Positions 55,015 to 63,720 of a DNA stretch of 64,000 nucleotides are shown in pieces (the stretch's first letter is position 1; each line of letters starts with the position of its first letter). The stretch covers positions 3,710 to 67,709 of the forward strand of contig RFQR01000005.1 in NCBI GenBank assembly GCA_009924895.1, given 5' to 3'. The notes under the pieces were generated by a model. It was given only the letters and a program-made list of their open reading frames with translations. It did no database searches and had not been told where the DNA came from. Source of the stretch: a bacterium. Lineage in GTDB: Bacteria > Patescibacteriota > Minisyncoccia > Phycocordibacterales > UBA2100. The translations under genes and the position numbers were made by a program.

Positions 55015-55788
55015 TCAGGCAGCTTCGCTCAGAGCATCGAGTGCCTGCTCGATTCCGGGCGTCTTGCGTGTGAGGATCTCTGCAGTCCACACAGGCGCTT
55101 GCTGGCCGATTTCGATTTCGTTTTCGAGAGTTGCTTCAGCAAACAGGGCGCGAGACAGCTCATATTGCTTTGCCATCTCGACCATAGCTTCGATGTAGAC
55201 TGCGTGCGATTGACGGTGCGGGACCAGACGAGCGACAAAGTCCGCATCCAACATCTGCACGAGCCGCCCGGGGTTCACCTTGATGACGTGCGGCATCATC
55301 ATGCCATCATCGCTCTTGAGAGCGGTGAGCATGAATGCACGATTGCGCTGCACATATGCTCCGTGGTTTTCATCCACCGCATCTTCTGTCGCGACCGTGT
55401 CGTCACCGGTGATATGGCGGTGGATACGTTCCATTCCGCTGTGATGGATTGCTCCCCGCGGCAGAAGCGGCTGTCCCGGCCTCACATGTGTGACGTGCTT
55501 ACGAACGAGTGCTTGAAGCCGGGCGCTACCGAACACTTTGTCGAGAGTTGGCAGCTCGGGTGGCGTAATCCCACGGATCTCGACGTAGCCGGGGAGTTCG
55601 CGGAACGCGATGTTGACAACGGCAACGTTGTCACGATCGATACCCTTTCTGCCGTCATTGTACCCACGCGCGCGGGCCCAGCCGTACGTGAAGTAGCCCA
55701 CGATTGCGCACAACGAAACGACGATGGCGAGAAAGACACGCCATTCGTCTGCCGTAACGTTTGCGAGTGTATTCCATAGTTTGTCCAC
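55015..55788 (-). CDS. hypothetical membrane-anchored protein (GC-rich island gene 2)
   Basis: N-terminal TM helix (WRVFLAIVVSLCAIVGYFTYGW). The overlapping plus-strand ORF 54994..55779 is judged a GC-rich antisense artefact. Confidence 0.5.
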   Translation of the reverse strand: MDKLWNTLANVTADEWRVFLAIVVSLCAIVGYFTYGWARARGYNDGRKGIDRDNVAVVNIAFRELPGYVEIRGITPPELPTLDKVFGSARLQALVRKHVTHVRPGQPLLPRGAIHHSGMERIHRHITGDDTVATEDAVDENHGAYVQRNRAFMLTALKSDDGMMMPHVIKVNPGRLVQMLDADFVARLVPHRQSHAVYIEAMVEMAKQYELSRALFAEATLENEIEIGQQAPVWTAEILTRKTPGIEQALDALSEAA

Positions 55789-55850
55789 GGAGGATCTCCT
55801 TGCTTGGACGACAGTGTCCGCCTGAACTCTACGTTTTTTGTTGTAAATGT

Positions 55851-55887
55851 CAAAAAGAATGCGGGCGGCGCTTTAAGCGCCGCCCGC
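55851..55887 (-). terminator. intrinsic terminator (GCGGGCGGCGC - TTTAA - GCGCCGCCCGC, then ATTCTTTTTG on the minus strand)
   Basis: Read directly. Perfect 11-bp GC stem. Confidence 0.7.
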
Positions 55888-55896
55888 AAAAGCCTA

Positions 55897-56463
55897 CTAA
55901 GTCTTCGGGACGCAATAGAGATACATGTTCCCTATCTTGCCGACGTACGGCTTTGCTTGGTTCAGCGTTGCCCACTGTTTTGCAGTGCTTAACACACGTC
56001 GAACCTCAGAGCCGGTATAGTCGTTCACGCACCAGTATTCTTCCGGCCAAGAGAAACGATATTCTCCTGCGACAGCTTTTCTGATAACAACGCTGCGCTC
56101 ATTTTGCCGCCAGTATTTGTTAGTCTCGAGTGCCCACCGGCGACTGAACTCAACGAAGCCTTTGAAGCGCTCCCACTTAGTTTTGAAGTTGCCGATTGGG
56201 CAGAAGTCTTCAAGGCCCTGTGCGACACGACGGCGGTGTATTTCTGCCGCCATTGCTGCTTGCTGCTCGAAGAGTGCTTGCTGTCCTTTTTTCGGCCCTC
56301 TTCTATCGAGGTTGACGTCAAGCGTCTGAGCAAGGCACTCAGACTGAACTGTTTTTGCTCCGTAGCTGTACATCAGATAGGTCGTACCGACAATCGTAAT
56401 CAACACCATACCGGTACTGAGTACGATAATGTGCCAGGTTTTCCAACGCTTTTTTTCGCTCAC
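55897..56463 (-). CDS. hypothetical membrane-anchored protein (GC-rich island gene 3), GTG start
   Basis: GGAGA is 7 nt upstream of a GTG (VSEKKRWKTWHIIVLSTGMVLITIV...). Track ORF extends to 56517. Confidence 0.45.
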   Translation of the reverse strand: MSEKKRWKTWHIIVLSTGMVLITIVGTTYLMYSYGAKTVQSECLAQTLDVNLDRRGPKKGQQALFEQQAAMAAEIHRRRVAQGLEDFCPIGNFKTKWERFKGFVEFSRRWALETNKYWRQNERSVVIRKAVAGEYRFSWPEEYWCVNDYTGSEVRRVLSTAKQWATLNQAKPYVGKIGNMYLYCVPKT

Positions 56464-56569
56464 AGTGATTCTCCGTTTTCGTTGATTCTTCACATACCAT
56501 ACAATGAAAATGTGCACATTTCAAGTAAAACGTTAAGGGCGCGCTCACTAAGGAGCGCACCCTTCGATT

Positions 56570-57157
56570 TCACTTCTTATTGTCAGGTGTGCGCCACTGT
56601 GGTGGCGATGACGTACCCGGCCCCGGTGCCCGTTCTGCGCGCCAGCCAGCCAGTGTCCTTGGCGGCGGTGGGAGCACCACCTCCTTCTCCAGCATGCCTC
56701 TGATCGTGCGATTGTGAAAGGCCTTGCCCATCAGATGCTTTGAGCACCATCCAATGGACTTTCCGACCGGATAGAGGATCATGATCAGACCGAACTGGAT
56801 TTTGCTAAAGATGAGGCCGATCACAGATGCTGTCGCTGAATCACTGATCACTGAATCCAGCCAGATCTGCACGTTGTTCTGCCACGTGTTTAGGGTGGTA
56901 AGACCACGATTGATAATCCAGCGCGCTGCGTCTGGCGATATCATAGCAATCAAAACTAGTCCGCCAATGGTTCCGAAGAACCATCCGACGAACCCTCCAA
57001 CTACCTGAATGGTCGTCTGTGCGCTTGATGGATGCATGCTTTTTGTCTTCACGAGAAGCCAAAGTCCGACACCTAGTGACCCGAGACTGAGAATCACTAA
57101 TGAGATGAAGGATATGCCGATTGCTTGTGCCCAGGTGAAGAGGCCTGAAGGGTTCAT
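56570..57157 (-). CDS. hypothetical polytopic membrane protein (GC-rich island gene 4)
   Basis: AGAGGAGA is 6 nt upstream of the ATG at 57157 (MNPSGLF...). Four hydrophobic segments and a Pro-rich C-terminus. Track ORF extends to 57259. Confidence 0.5.
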   Translation of the reverse strand: MNPSGLFTWAQAIGISFISLVILSLGSLGVGLWLLVKTKSMHPSSAQTTIQVVGGFVGWFFGTIGGLVLIAMISPDAARWIINRGLTTLNTWQNNVQIWLDSVISDSATASVIGLIFSKIQFGLIMILYPVGKSIGWCSKHLMGKAFHNRTIRGMLEKEVVLPPPPRTLAGWRAERAPGPGTSSPPQWRTPDNKK

Positions 57158-57360
57158 AGCTGTCTCCTCTTTCTTCAACGAACTCCACTGTTCGCTCAAA
57201 TCACTATGCAACGAATATGAAAAAAAGCAAGTTTTTGCTAAGGCACTCTCAACCTCCAACTGCCCGGTAAAATATCCGCAATATGTATGTGCACATTGGC
57301 TTCAGAATACGTGAACGGATTGGGCTGTTAACCGCGAAAGGAATGAGGGTGCCTAATTTC

Positions 57361-57406
57361 AAAAAAATATAAAAGAAGAAGGGCAGGGGGTGTTACTCCC
57401 CTGCCC
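57361..57406 (-). terminator. intrinsic terminator (GGGCAGGGG - GTGTTACT - CCCCTGCCC, then a T-rich run on the minus strand)
   Basis: Read directly. Confidence 0.7.
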
Positions 57407-57419
57407 TCCGATGATGCGC

Positions 57420-57950
57420 TTACTCGCGCTGCATCAACGGCTTCTGAGCCGCATTGTTGATTGCTGTGTCAGGTGTGGTGAAGCCGTCCATGACCTGGAA
57501 GATGGCCGGGATGACGAAAGCCCAGTACACTGAGCCGTAGCTGCCGAGCATGTAGCCGGCAACGAGCAGCATCAGTCCGCTCATGAAGACGGACGTCTTG
57601 GTTTCCGCACGGAGGCTGTCGACCTTGGTGTGCATGTCACGCACCACCTTGATCTGCGACCAGAACCAGACAGACATTACTGCCGTCTGGCCGAGAAGCA
57701 ATGCGAAAATCCAGGGATTGTCCTTGATCTTCGTCACGTCGATGCGATTTGAGAACTCTGCGATGCCGAACCATTTGGCGGCGCCGACGCTTGCGAACAT
57801 AACGACGACCGGGAAGAGAATAGTCGACCCGATACTTATCGCTGTCTTGCCGAACGTGCCGAGAGTCGAAATGCTCAAGCGGCTTTTCGTGCCACCGGGT
57901 TCATCACGGCTCTCGGAGTTCACTGTCTTCAGAGGTGTCGGATTTGCCAT
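57420..57950 (-). CDS. hypothetical membrane protein (GC-rich island gene 5)
   Basis: 176 aa, four hydrophobic segments. No motif recognised. Confidence 0.5.
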   Translation of the reverse strand: MANPTPLKTVNSESRDEPGGTKSRLSISTLGTFGKTAISIGSTILFPVVVMFASVGAAKWFGIAEFSNRIDVTKIKDNPWIFALLLGQTAVMSVWFWSQIKVVRDMHTKVDSLRAETKTSVFMSGLMLLVAGYMLGSYGSVYWAFVIPAIFQVMDGFTTPDTAINNAAQKPLMQRE

Positions 57951-58157
57951 TGGGAAAAACTCCTTGTTTTGTTTCCCATTTCAACACTGGTACTGGGCAC
58001 TCCAGCCCAGTGGTAATATAATACTACTTTTTTTTATTTTGTCAAGCATAAAACTTGACAAAACACTTAAATCATGTATTGTGTCAAAACTCATCGTATG
58101 CAGAGCGTTCGGTGGGTGTTTCGAAACAGTCCCAACCTGAAAGGTAAAGGACACCAC

Positions 58158-58547
58158 ATGAAGAAACTGAAGAAACTGATAATCGCCGCAGCTGCGGCAT
58201 TGCTCGTCACCGCACCGGCATTCGCCCAAGTGGCACAGGTCCAGAAGTTGGGCCTCGTCACTCAGGACATCGAGATCACCCTCGAGTCCAACGCGGGCAA
58301 GCTCTCTCGCTTCAAGGCGGGACAGAAGTGCATCATGCGTGAGGGAACGATCGTCGCGCTGCTCGGGCCGACCGCGGATGGGAAGGAGCGCATTCAGCGC
58401 ACCAACCTCATCGCAATCCGGTTTCCCAATCGGCAGACGTGCCCCGAAGGTGCATCCGGCCCCGTCGAGGCAACGGTCGCTCTTGCGATGGCGAAGGCGC
58501 ACCAGGACAAGGTGTCCGCAAAGGGCGGCGCCACGAAGAAGAACTGA
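58158..58547 (+). CDS. small secreted protein (GC-rich island gene 6)
   Basis: AAAGGA SD-like element, then MKKLKKLIIAAAAALLVTAPAFAQV signal peptide. Track ORF starts at 58074. A TTGACA..TATTGT promoter-like pair lies at about 58063-58090. Confidence 0.55.
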   Translation: MKKLKKLIIAAAAALLVTAPAFAQVAQVQKLGLVTQDIEITLESNAGKLSRFKAGQKCIMREGTIVALLGPTADGKERIQRTNLIAIRFPNRQTCPEGASGPVEATVALAMAKAHQDKVSAKGGATKKN

Positions 58548-58582
58548 TCGTTCTTCACCAGTGACGAGGTAGTCGTCACATT

Positions 58583-58616
58583 GGGCACCCCTCAGACGGG
58601 TGCCCTTTTCTTTTTA
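58583..58616 (+). terminator. intrinsic terminator (GGGCACCC - CTCAGAC - GGGTGCCC then TTTTCTTTTT)
   Basis: Read directly. Confidence 0.7.
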
Positions 58617-58626
58617 CAACGAAATA

Positions 58627-58682
58627 CCAAGGGTTACCCTTGGGAGCAACAAGTCCCTTTACTTTACCAAGGGTAACCCTTG
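58627..58682. promoter_or_regulatory. two copies of a 17-bp palindrome (CCAAGGGTTACCCTTGG at 58627-58643; CCAAGGGTAACCCTTGA at 58667-58683) 40 bp apart, upstream of the secreted Cys-rich protein gene
   Basis: Read directly. The same-phase spacing suggests a dimeric-regulator operator pair. Confidence 0.5.
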
Positions 58683-58796
58683 ATAACTTAGTAAAACTTT
58701 GCATACTGAATTTGTGTGAGATTGTAAATTATGAAAAAAATGGCATAGTAAAAACGGTTTGGGGCAGTACCCGAACCTTCACAAAAGGAACAGAGA

Positions 58797-59372
58797 ATGA
58801 AGAAACTAGTCCTTCCTCTGCTAGCAGTTTGGGCACTGCTCTGCTTCGATGTGGCACACGCCCAAGAAGGGGTGTGTGTTGAGAGCCTTGTCAGTTCGGA
58901 CAAGACCTTGGAATTCACCCAGAAGAAACTGGGAGACAAGTGCGAGACGATCAGTGGCAGAGATCCCCGCACTGGTATCGTCGGTCAAACGGAAGATGGC
59001 AAAGCATTCACCACGGTCATCAGCCCGGCCGAGATCGTGGAAGACCCTGAGGTGAGACAGTGCAGTAGCATGCCCTCTCAGGGGCGTAGCAACAAAGGGG
59101 GCTACTCTGTCACAATCGAAATGTGGTCAACTAAGACCGAGTGTACCCCCGCGCCGGTTCCTGGCTATCCGCGACGGACACTTAACCTTGAGGTGACGCT
59201 CTTGATCAGCGGCTCAGGCATCGCCGGCACAGTGTGTCTCAATCCAGGTAACATGTGCGCATCAATTGACAGGCTCAGCGAAGATGCGCGCAGAAACATT
59301 GCTGACATGGTGATCTTCTGCATCTTCGAACAGATCGCCGGTCCGGTCTTGACACCCAAGCAGAAGACCTGA
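58797..59372 (+). CDS. secreted Cys-rich protein (GC-rich island gene 7)
   Basis: AAGGA SD, signal peptide MKKLVLPLLAVWALLCFDVAHA, and 9 Cys in the mature part. Confidence 0.55.
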   Translation: MKKLVLPLLAVWALLCFDVAHAQEGVCVESLVSSDKTLEFTQKKLGDKCETISGRDPRTGIVGQTEDGKAFTTVISPAEIVEDPEVRQCSSMPSQGRSNKGGYSVTIEMWSTKTECTPAPVPGYPRRTLNLEVTLLISGSGIAGTVCLNPGNMCASIDRLSEDARRNIADMVIFCIFEQIAGPVLTPKQKT

Positions 59373-59401
59373 TCGATCGGGTCAGAACGACGAAACGTAC
59401 G

Positions 59402-59436
59402 ATGGGGCGGTCTTGCGACCGCCCCATCTTTTTTGT
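59402..59436 (+). terminator. intrinsic terminator (ATGGGGCGGTC - TTGC - GACCGCCCCAT then CTTTTTTGTT), abutting the greA stop
   Basis: Read directly. Confidence 0.7.
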
Positions 59437-59900
59437 TACTTCACGTTTATAATTTTGTATTTCTGGCCTCCTTTTGGTGTTTCAAAGGTAAAGATATCAC
59501 CCTTCTTTTTTTCCATAAGTGCAGAACCGAGCGGGGAGAGGTGAGAAATTTTCTTTTCGTGCATGTTCGCTTCGGCAGAGCCGACGATTTCATACGTATA
59601 CTCATCTTTCTCCCCTACTTTTTGAATAGTGACGAACGAACCGAGGGAAACGTGATTGCCTTTTGAATATTCGATGATGCGCGCATGTGCAAGCTGCTCT
59701 TCAACAACGCGGATGCGGTCTTCGGTCGCTGCTTGCAGGTTGCGCGCCTCTTCGTATTCGGCATTTTCCGACAAATCCCCAAGTGAGCGTGCATATTCAA
59801 GCTGCTCTGCAATCTCGCGGCGACGGACCGTTTTCAAATGCTCAAGCTCTTCCGTCAGTTCATCAAATTTTTCCTTACTCAAGTAGTTGGTTTCTGTCAT
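59436..59900 (-). CDS. greA: transcription elongation factor GreA
   Basis: Coiled-coil N-terminus (LSKEKFDELTEELEHLK...) and a C-terminal FKBP-like domain. Track ORF extends to 59996. MTETNY at 59900 is the conserved start. Confidence 0.85.
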   Translation of the reverse strand: MTETNYLSKEKFDELTEELEHLKTVRRREIAEQLEYARSLGDLSENAEYEEARNLQAATEDRIRVVEEQLAHARIIEYSKGNHVSLGSFVTIQKVGEKDEYTYEIVGSAEANMHEKKISHLSPLGSALMEKKKGDIFTFETPKGGQKYKIINVK

Positions 59901-59949
59901 GGTGCCACCATTGTACAGGTTTCTAAAAAAAAGCAAAGCATAGCGCGCC

Positions 59950-61647
59950 TTACTCAGATGCGATGTACTCAGGTTTATATGCGACGAGCCATTCAAAAAA
60001 AGGCTTCATCCCAGGTGCTGCACCTGAGAGTGTGCCTGCAGGAGCTTTTTCGAGCATAATCGCAAAGGCGTACCGAGGCTTCTCATACGGCCAAAAACCA
60101 ACCACCCATGAGTTCATCCATTGGTTATGCGTGCCGGTCTGTGCGGTTCCTGTTTTTGCCGCGATGTGAGGCTCGGGCATGTTGAGTGAGCGCGCTGTTC
60201 CGTAGTCAGGCAGCGTGACAGCAAGCCGCATACCCTCTCGTGCGACCTGTAGATGGGACTCGGTGATTCCAACGGTTCCTTGCACAGTCGGTCGCTCGCC
60301 TTTTATGAGATGTGGCTCGTACAGCGTCCCACCGTTTGCGAGGGCAGCGATTGCGCGGACGACCTGGAGCGGCGTAACCTGAAAACCAAACTGTCCGATT
60401 GCAGTATGGTAGGTGTTTCCAATGCGCCACGGATCGTTTGCTCCAAACACTTTCTCTTTCCATTCTGGTGTAGGAATAATCCCGGGTATCTCACCGCCGA
60501 GCATGACACCGGTTATCGTCGCAAAGCCAAAACGCTTTGAGTACTCGTCGATTTTGTTGATGCCAAGGCCTTTTTGACTTTTATACCCACCGCCAACGGT
60601 ATAAAAATATTCATCAGAGGATTGCGCAATCGCATGACGCATGTCGACCCATCCGTGCGCGCGCCAGTCTTTAAATATAGAAGGTTGATCGGGGTTATAG
60701 GGATTCGGCAGAATAAGTGCGCCGCTCGAATAAATCTGCTTTTCCGGAGAAATGATTTCCTCCTCGAGTGCCGCTGCCGCAAACAGCGGCTTTACAATCG
60801 AGCCGGGCGTGTAGGCACCTGCAACAGCGCGATTGAGGGTGGGCGAACGAACGCTCTCGTGCGCGGCATCAATTGCATCGCTATTCCCTTCGACAAACGC
60901 AGCGTTACTGTATTCGGGAATACTCGTAAGAGCGAGAATGTTTCCTGTGTGGATATCCATAATGACGCCAGCACCACCCACAAAATGCTGTTCGTTTGCA
61001 TGGTGAAGCAATGTCTCATACAGTTTTGATTGGACTTCCGCATCAATCGTGAGATGGAGATCGGTACCATTTATTGGTTCGGTCGTAATGTTGGTGCGCA
61101 CGACTTTTCCACTCGCGCTTGTTTCGGTCATTGAACTGCCGTTTATACCGTGGAGCACAGAATCGTAAAAGTATTCGACACCAGAGACGGGTGTGTACTC
61201 TTCGCGCCACCACTCCCCTTTTGCATCGGATTTTGGATATCGGACAAATCCGAGAACGTGCGAGAGGCCGGGCAAGGATGTGTACTTTCGGAGCGTGAAG
61301 GTCGTACTTGCGGTACTGCTCGCATTCAGATCATTCCATGCGAGTTCGCGTTCGTTTTTGTCGAGAATACGGCCGCGTGTTGCAAACAAAACCGAACGAT
61401 CGAGGCGATTGTTACGAGAAATTTCTGCGTATTTTTCACCATCACTCACACTAATGCTGTAGGCTCGATACGCGAAGCCACATGCGACGGTGATAAACAG
61501 AAATACAAGTGCGAGAAATGCTTGAGTGGATACGGGCCGCTCAACACGACCTTCAAACTGATTCGGATCATGGTCAGGCAGGTTACTCGCATCGAGGAAT
61601 ATCTCGTCGGGATCGATGGAGTCGCGGTTGTAGTGTTTTGAGAGCAT
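59950..61647 (-). CDS. mrdA: penicillin-binding protein 2 (elongasome transpeptidase)
   Basis: SxxK (GSIVKP) and KTG (KTGTA) motifs, an N-terminal TM helix, and a position directly downstream of mreBCD. Confidence 0.8.
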   Translation of the reverse strand: MLSKHYNRDSIDPDEIFLDASNLPDHDPNQFEGRVERPVSTQAFLALVFLFITVACGFAYRAYSISVSDGEKYAEISRNNRLDRSVLFATRGRILDKNERELAWNDLNASSTASTTFTLRKYTSLPGLSHVLGFVRYPKSDAKGEWWREEYTPVSGVEYFYDSVLHGINGSSMTETSASGKVVRTNITTEPINGTDLHLTIDAEVQSKLYETLLHHANEQHFVGGAGVIMDIHTGNILALTSIPEYSNAAFVEGNSDAIDAAHESVRSPTLNRAVAGAYTPGSIVKPLFAAAALEEEIISPEKQIYSSGALILPNPYNPDQPSIFKDWRAHGWVDMRHAIAQSSDEYFYTVGGGYKSQKGLGINKIDEYSKRFGFATITGVMLGGEIPGIIPTPEWKEKVFGANDPWRIGNTYHTAIGQFGFQVTPLQVVRAIAALANGGTLYEPHLIKGERPTVQGTVGITESHLQVAREGMRLAVTLPDYGTARSLNMPEPHIAAKTGTAQTGTHNQWMNSWVVGFWPYEKPRYAFAIMLEKAPAGTLSGAAPGMKPFFEWLVAYKPEYIASE

Positions 61648-61650
61648 TCA

Positions 61651-61890
61651 CTAACTATAGTACGTCAAGAACTCTTTCCGCAATGGTTTGGTACCGAGGA
61701 TAAGAAGTGCAGTACAGAGTGTGGTTACGGGTAGACCCGCGGGAACGTAGAGAAGGTCGACCACAAGCGCTATAAACAGAAGCTCGGTGCCTTCAAAAAA
61801 AATAATGTACGTAAACACACCAATCCAAAACAAAACAGGCGAAAGAAATATCCCGCCCCCCATGACAAGCAAAAGAAGGTTCCGAATCAT
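61651..61890 (-). CDS. mreD: small 2-3 TM membrane protein in the MreD position (MreD-like, truncated relative to typical MreD)
   Basis: Position between mreC and mrdA. Hydrophobic, 79 aa. Confidence 0.4.
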   Translation of the reverse strand: MIRNLLLLVMGGGIFLSPVLFWIGVFTYIIFFEGTELLFIALVVDLLYVPAGLPVTTLCTALLILGTKPLRKEFLTYYS

Positions 61891-61892
61891 AC

Positions 61893-62663
61893 CTATCGCG
61901 GAACAATGCTGACGTATCGAAGTGTTGTAAGAGAGAGTGGAAGTCGGATAAGCACGTCTTGTGATGCGCCACTATCATCTGGTGAGACCGAACCGACGAT
62001 TCCAATCGGACGGAAACGAAACTCGGGCACAAGGACCATGTCACCTTCGTGGATTTTCATTTCGCGCGGTGCGTGGGCTTCCCCAACAGCACGACCGTTT
62101 CCCTCTACCGTTACGCTGGTGTCATTAATCACCGCCGCGTGCTTTTCGCCCGGAGAAAGTGCCATACGTACGGTAGAGATGGTTGCGCCCTTTTGTGCAA
62201 TGGTCCCGACCACAAAGCCTTCGGCAGAAAGCACAAGGTCGCCTATCTGAAACGCGGGGTGCGTTTCAGTACCGGCATTGATGGTAAAGGTGCCATAGGG
62301 TGAAGCGAGTATGTGAGAGGTAACTTCAGCGGTGAGTTCACGATCTCTCAGCGGGAGGCGAAGTTGTCGAGAAAGCGAAGCATACTGCTCGCGAAGTATC
62401 GGTAATGCGCGAGATTCTTGATCGAGCTGTGCTATGCGTTCGCGAAGCGTCTGATTTTCCTCGAGGAGCGCGCTGCGACTTGAAACATAGTCACCGAATG
62501 AAAGTCGGGCGATGATGGAAGCCGTATAACTAAGCGGTTCAAAGATTCGCTGCACGGCACGTGACACGAGGTGATTGCTAAAAGCATTCACTGTGAGTAT
62601 GACGCTGACTACGGTAAGCGTTACTATGAGCCGTGTATTATTCTGTGGGGACCAGTTCGTCAT
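61893..62663 (-). CDS. mreC: rod shape-determining protein MreC
   Basis: N-terminal TM helix, a coiled-coil (ALLEENQTLRERIAQLDQE), and C-terminal beta domains. 26-nt overlap with mreB. Confidence 0.8.
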   Translation of the reverse strand: MTNWSPQNNTRLIVTLTVVSVILTVNAFSNHLVSRAVQRIFEPLSYTASIIARLSFGDYVSSRSALLEENQTLRERIAQLDQESRALPILREQYASLSRQLRLPLRDRELTAEVTSHILASPYGTFTINAGTETHPAFQIGDLVLSAEGFVVGTIAQKGATISTVRMALSPGEKHAAVINDTSVTVEGNGRAVGEAHAPREMKIHEGDMVLVPEFRFRPIGIVGSVSPDDSGASQDVLIRLPLSLTTLRYVSIVPR

Positions 62664-63720
62664 CGGAGTGAAGGAGCGACTCGTAATACAGCGGCATATC
62701 GTTCAAGACGGTGCTGGTACCCCGGACGACTGCCGTGAGAGGATCAGGGGCGACGATGATGGGGACTTTCAGTGCCGCAGAGAGAAATTCGGGGAGCCCT
62801 CGGATGAGGGCACCGCCACCTGCAAGATAAATACCTCGGCGCATAACATCAGAGATAATCTCAGGAGGCGTCGTCTCGAGCACGTCCTTTATTTCTTCGA
62901 GCAAATCTTCTATTGAGTGTGCAATTGCGGTGCGAATGTCGTCATCGCCGACAATAATCTCTCGCGGAAGACCGGTAACAAGATCTCTCCCGCGCGCAGA
63001 AATCTCAACGCGGTCTTTTCCCGGCGCGACAGAGCCCACGGTGATCTTGATGTCTTCTGCCGTTTTGTCGCCGATGAGAAGTTTGTGCTCGTTACGCAAA
63101 TGCGCGACGATGTCTTGATTGAAGCGATCACCGGCGATGCGGACATTACGGGCATTTACCAAACCGCCGAGCGCGATAACACCAATATCTGTGGTGCCGC
63201 CTCCGATATCAATGATCATACTGCCCGAGGCTTGATGAACCGGAAGCTCAATACCGATGGCTGCAGCAAGAGGCTCTTCAACGATGTGCACTTCACGCGC
63301 TCCTGCAGCACGAGCAGCATCGCGAACGGCGCGTACCTCGACCGAGCTAATACCCGGCGGTACGCCGACGACCACACGCGGCCCGAGAAGTTTTTTGTGC
63401 CCGTGCTGGGCTTTGTTGATGAGATAGGTGAGCATTTCAGAGGTAATTTCAAAATCGGAAATAACACCGTCGATGACGGGCTGTACCGCAACAATGTGGG
63501 CCGGGGTCCTGCCGAGCATATCTTTTGCCTGCGATCCGACCGCGACGACCTGTCCGGTTTTTTGATTAACAGCGACAATCGAAGGCTCGTTAATTACAAT
63601 GCCCCGTCCTTTTACGTATACCAGCGTATTTGCGGTACCCAAGTCGATGCCAATGTCATTTGAAAACCACCCCAGCACCCTGTCTTTCCATCGATGCACT
63701 ATCGAAAGTTGTCGCCTCAT
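62638..63720 (-). CDS. mreB: rod shape-determining protein MreB (actin homolog)
   Basis: DLGTANTLVYV phosphate-1, DIGGGTTD phosphate-2 and GGGALIRGL adenosine motifs. Confidence 0.95.
   Translation of the reverse strand: MRRQLSIVHRWKDRVLGWFSNDIGIDLGTANTLVYVKGRGIVINEPSIVAVNQKTGQVVAVGSQAKDMLGRTPAHIVAVQPVIDGVISDFEITSEMLTYLINKAQHGHKKLLGPRVVVGVPPGISSVEVRAVRDAARAAGAREVHIVEEPLAAAIGIELPVHQASGSMIIDIGGGTTDIGVIALGGLVNARNVRIAGDRFNQDIVAHLRNEHKLLIGDKTAEDIKITVGSVAPGKDRVEISARGRDLVTGLPREIIVGDDDIRTAIAHSIEDLLEEIKDVLETTPPEIISDVMRRGIYLAGGGALIRGLPEFLSAALKVPIIVAPDPLTAVVRGTSTVLNDMPLYYESLLHSDDELVPTE

Noticed and set aside
54994-55779. 261-aa plus-strand ORF in the GC-rich island
   Set aside because: Mirror image of minus-strand CDS 55015-55788. 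The minus frame has a TM helix and a downstream terminator on its strand, and the plus frame is Cys/His/Arg-rich as expected for GC-rich antisense.
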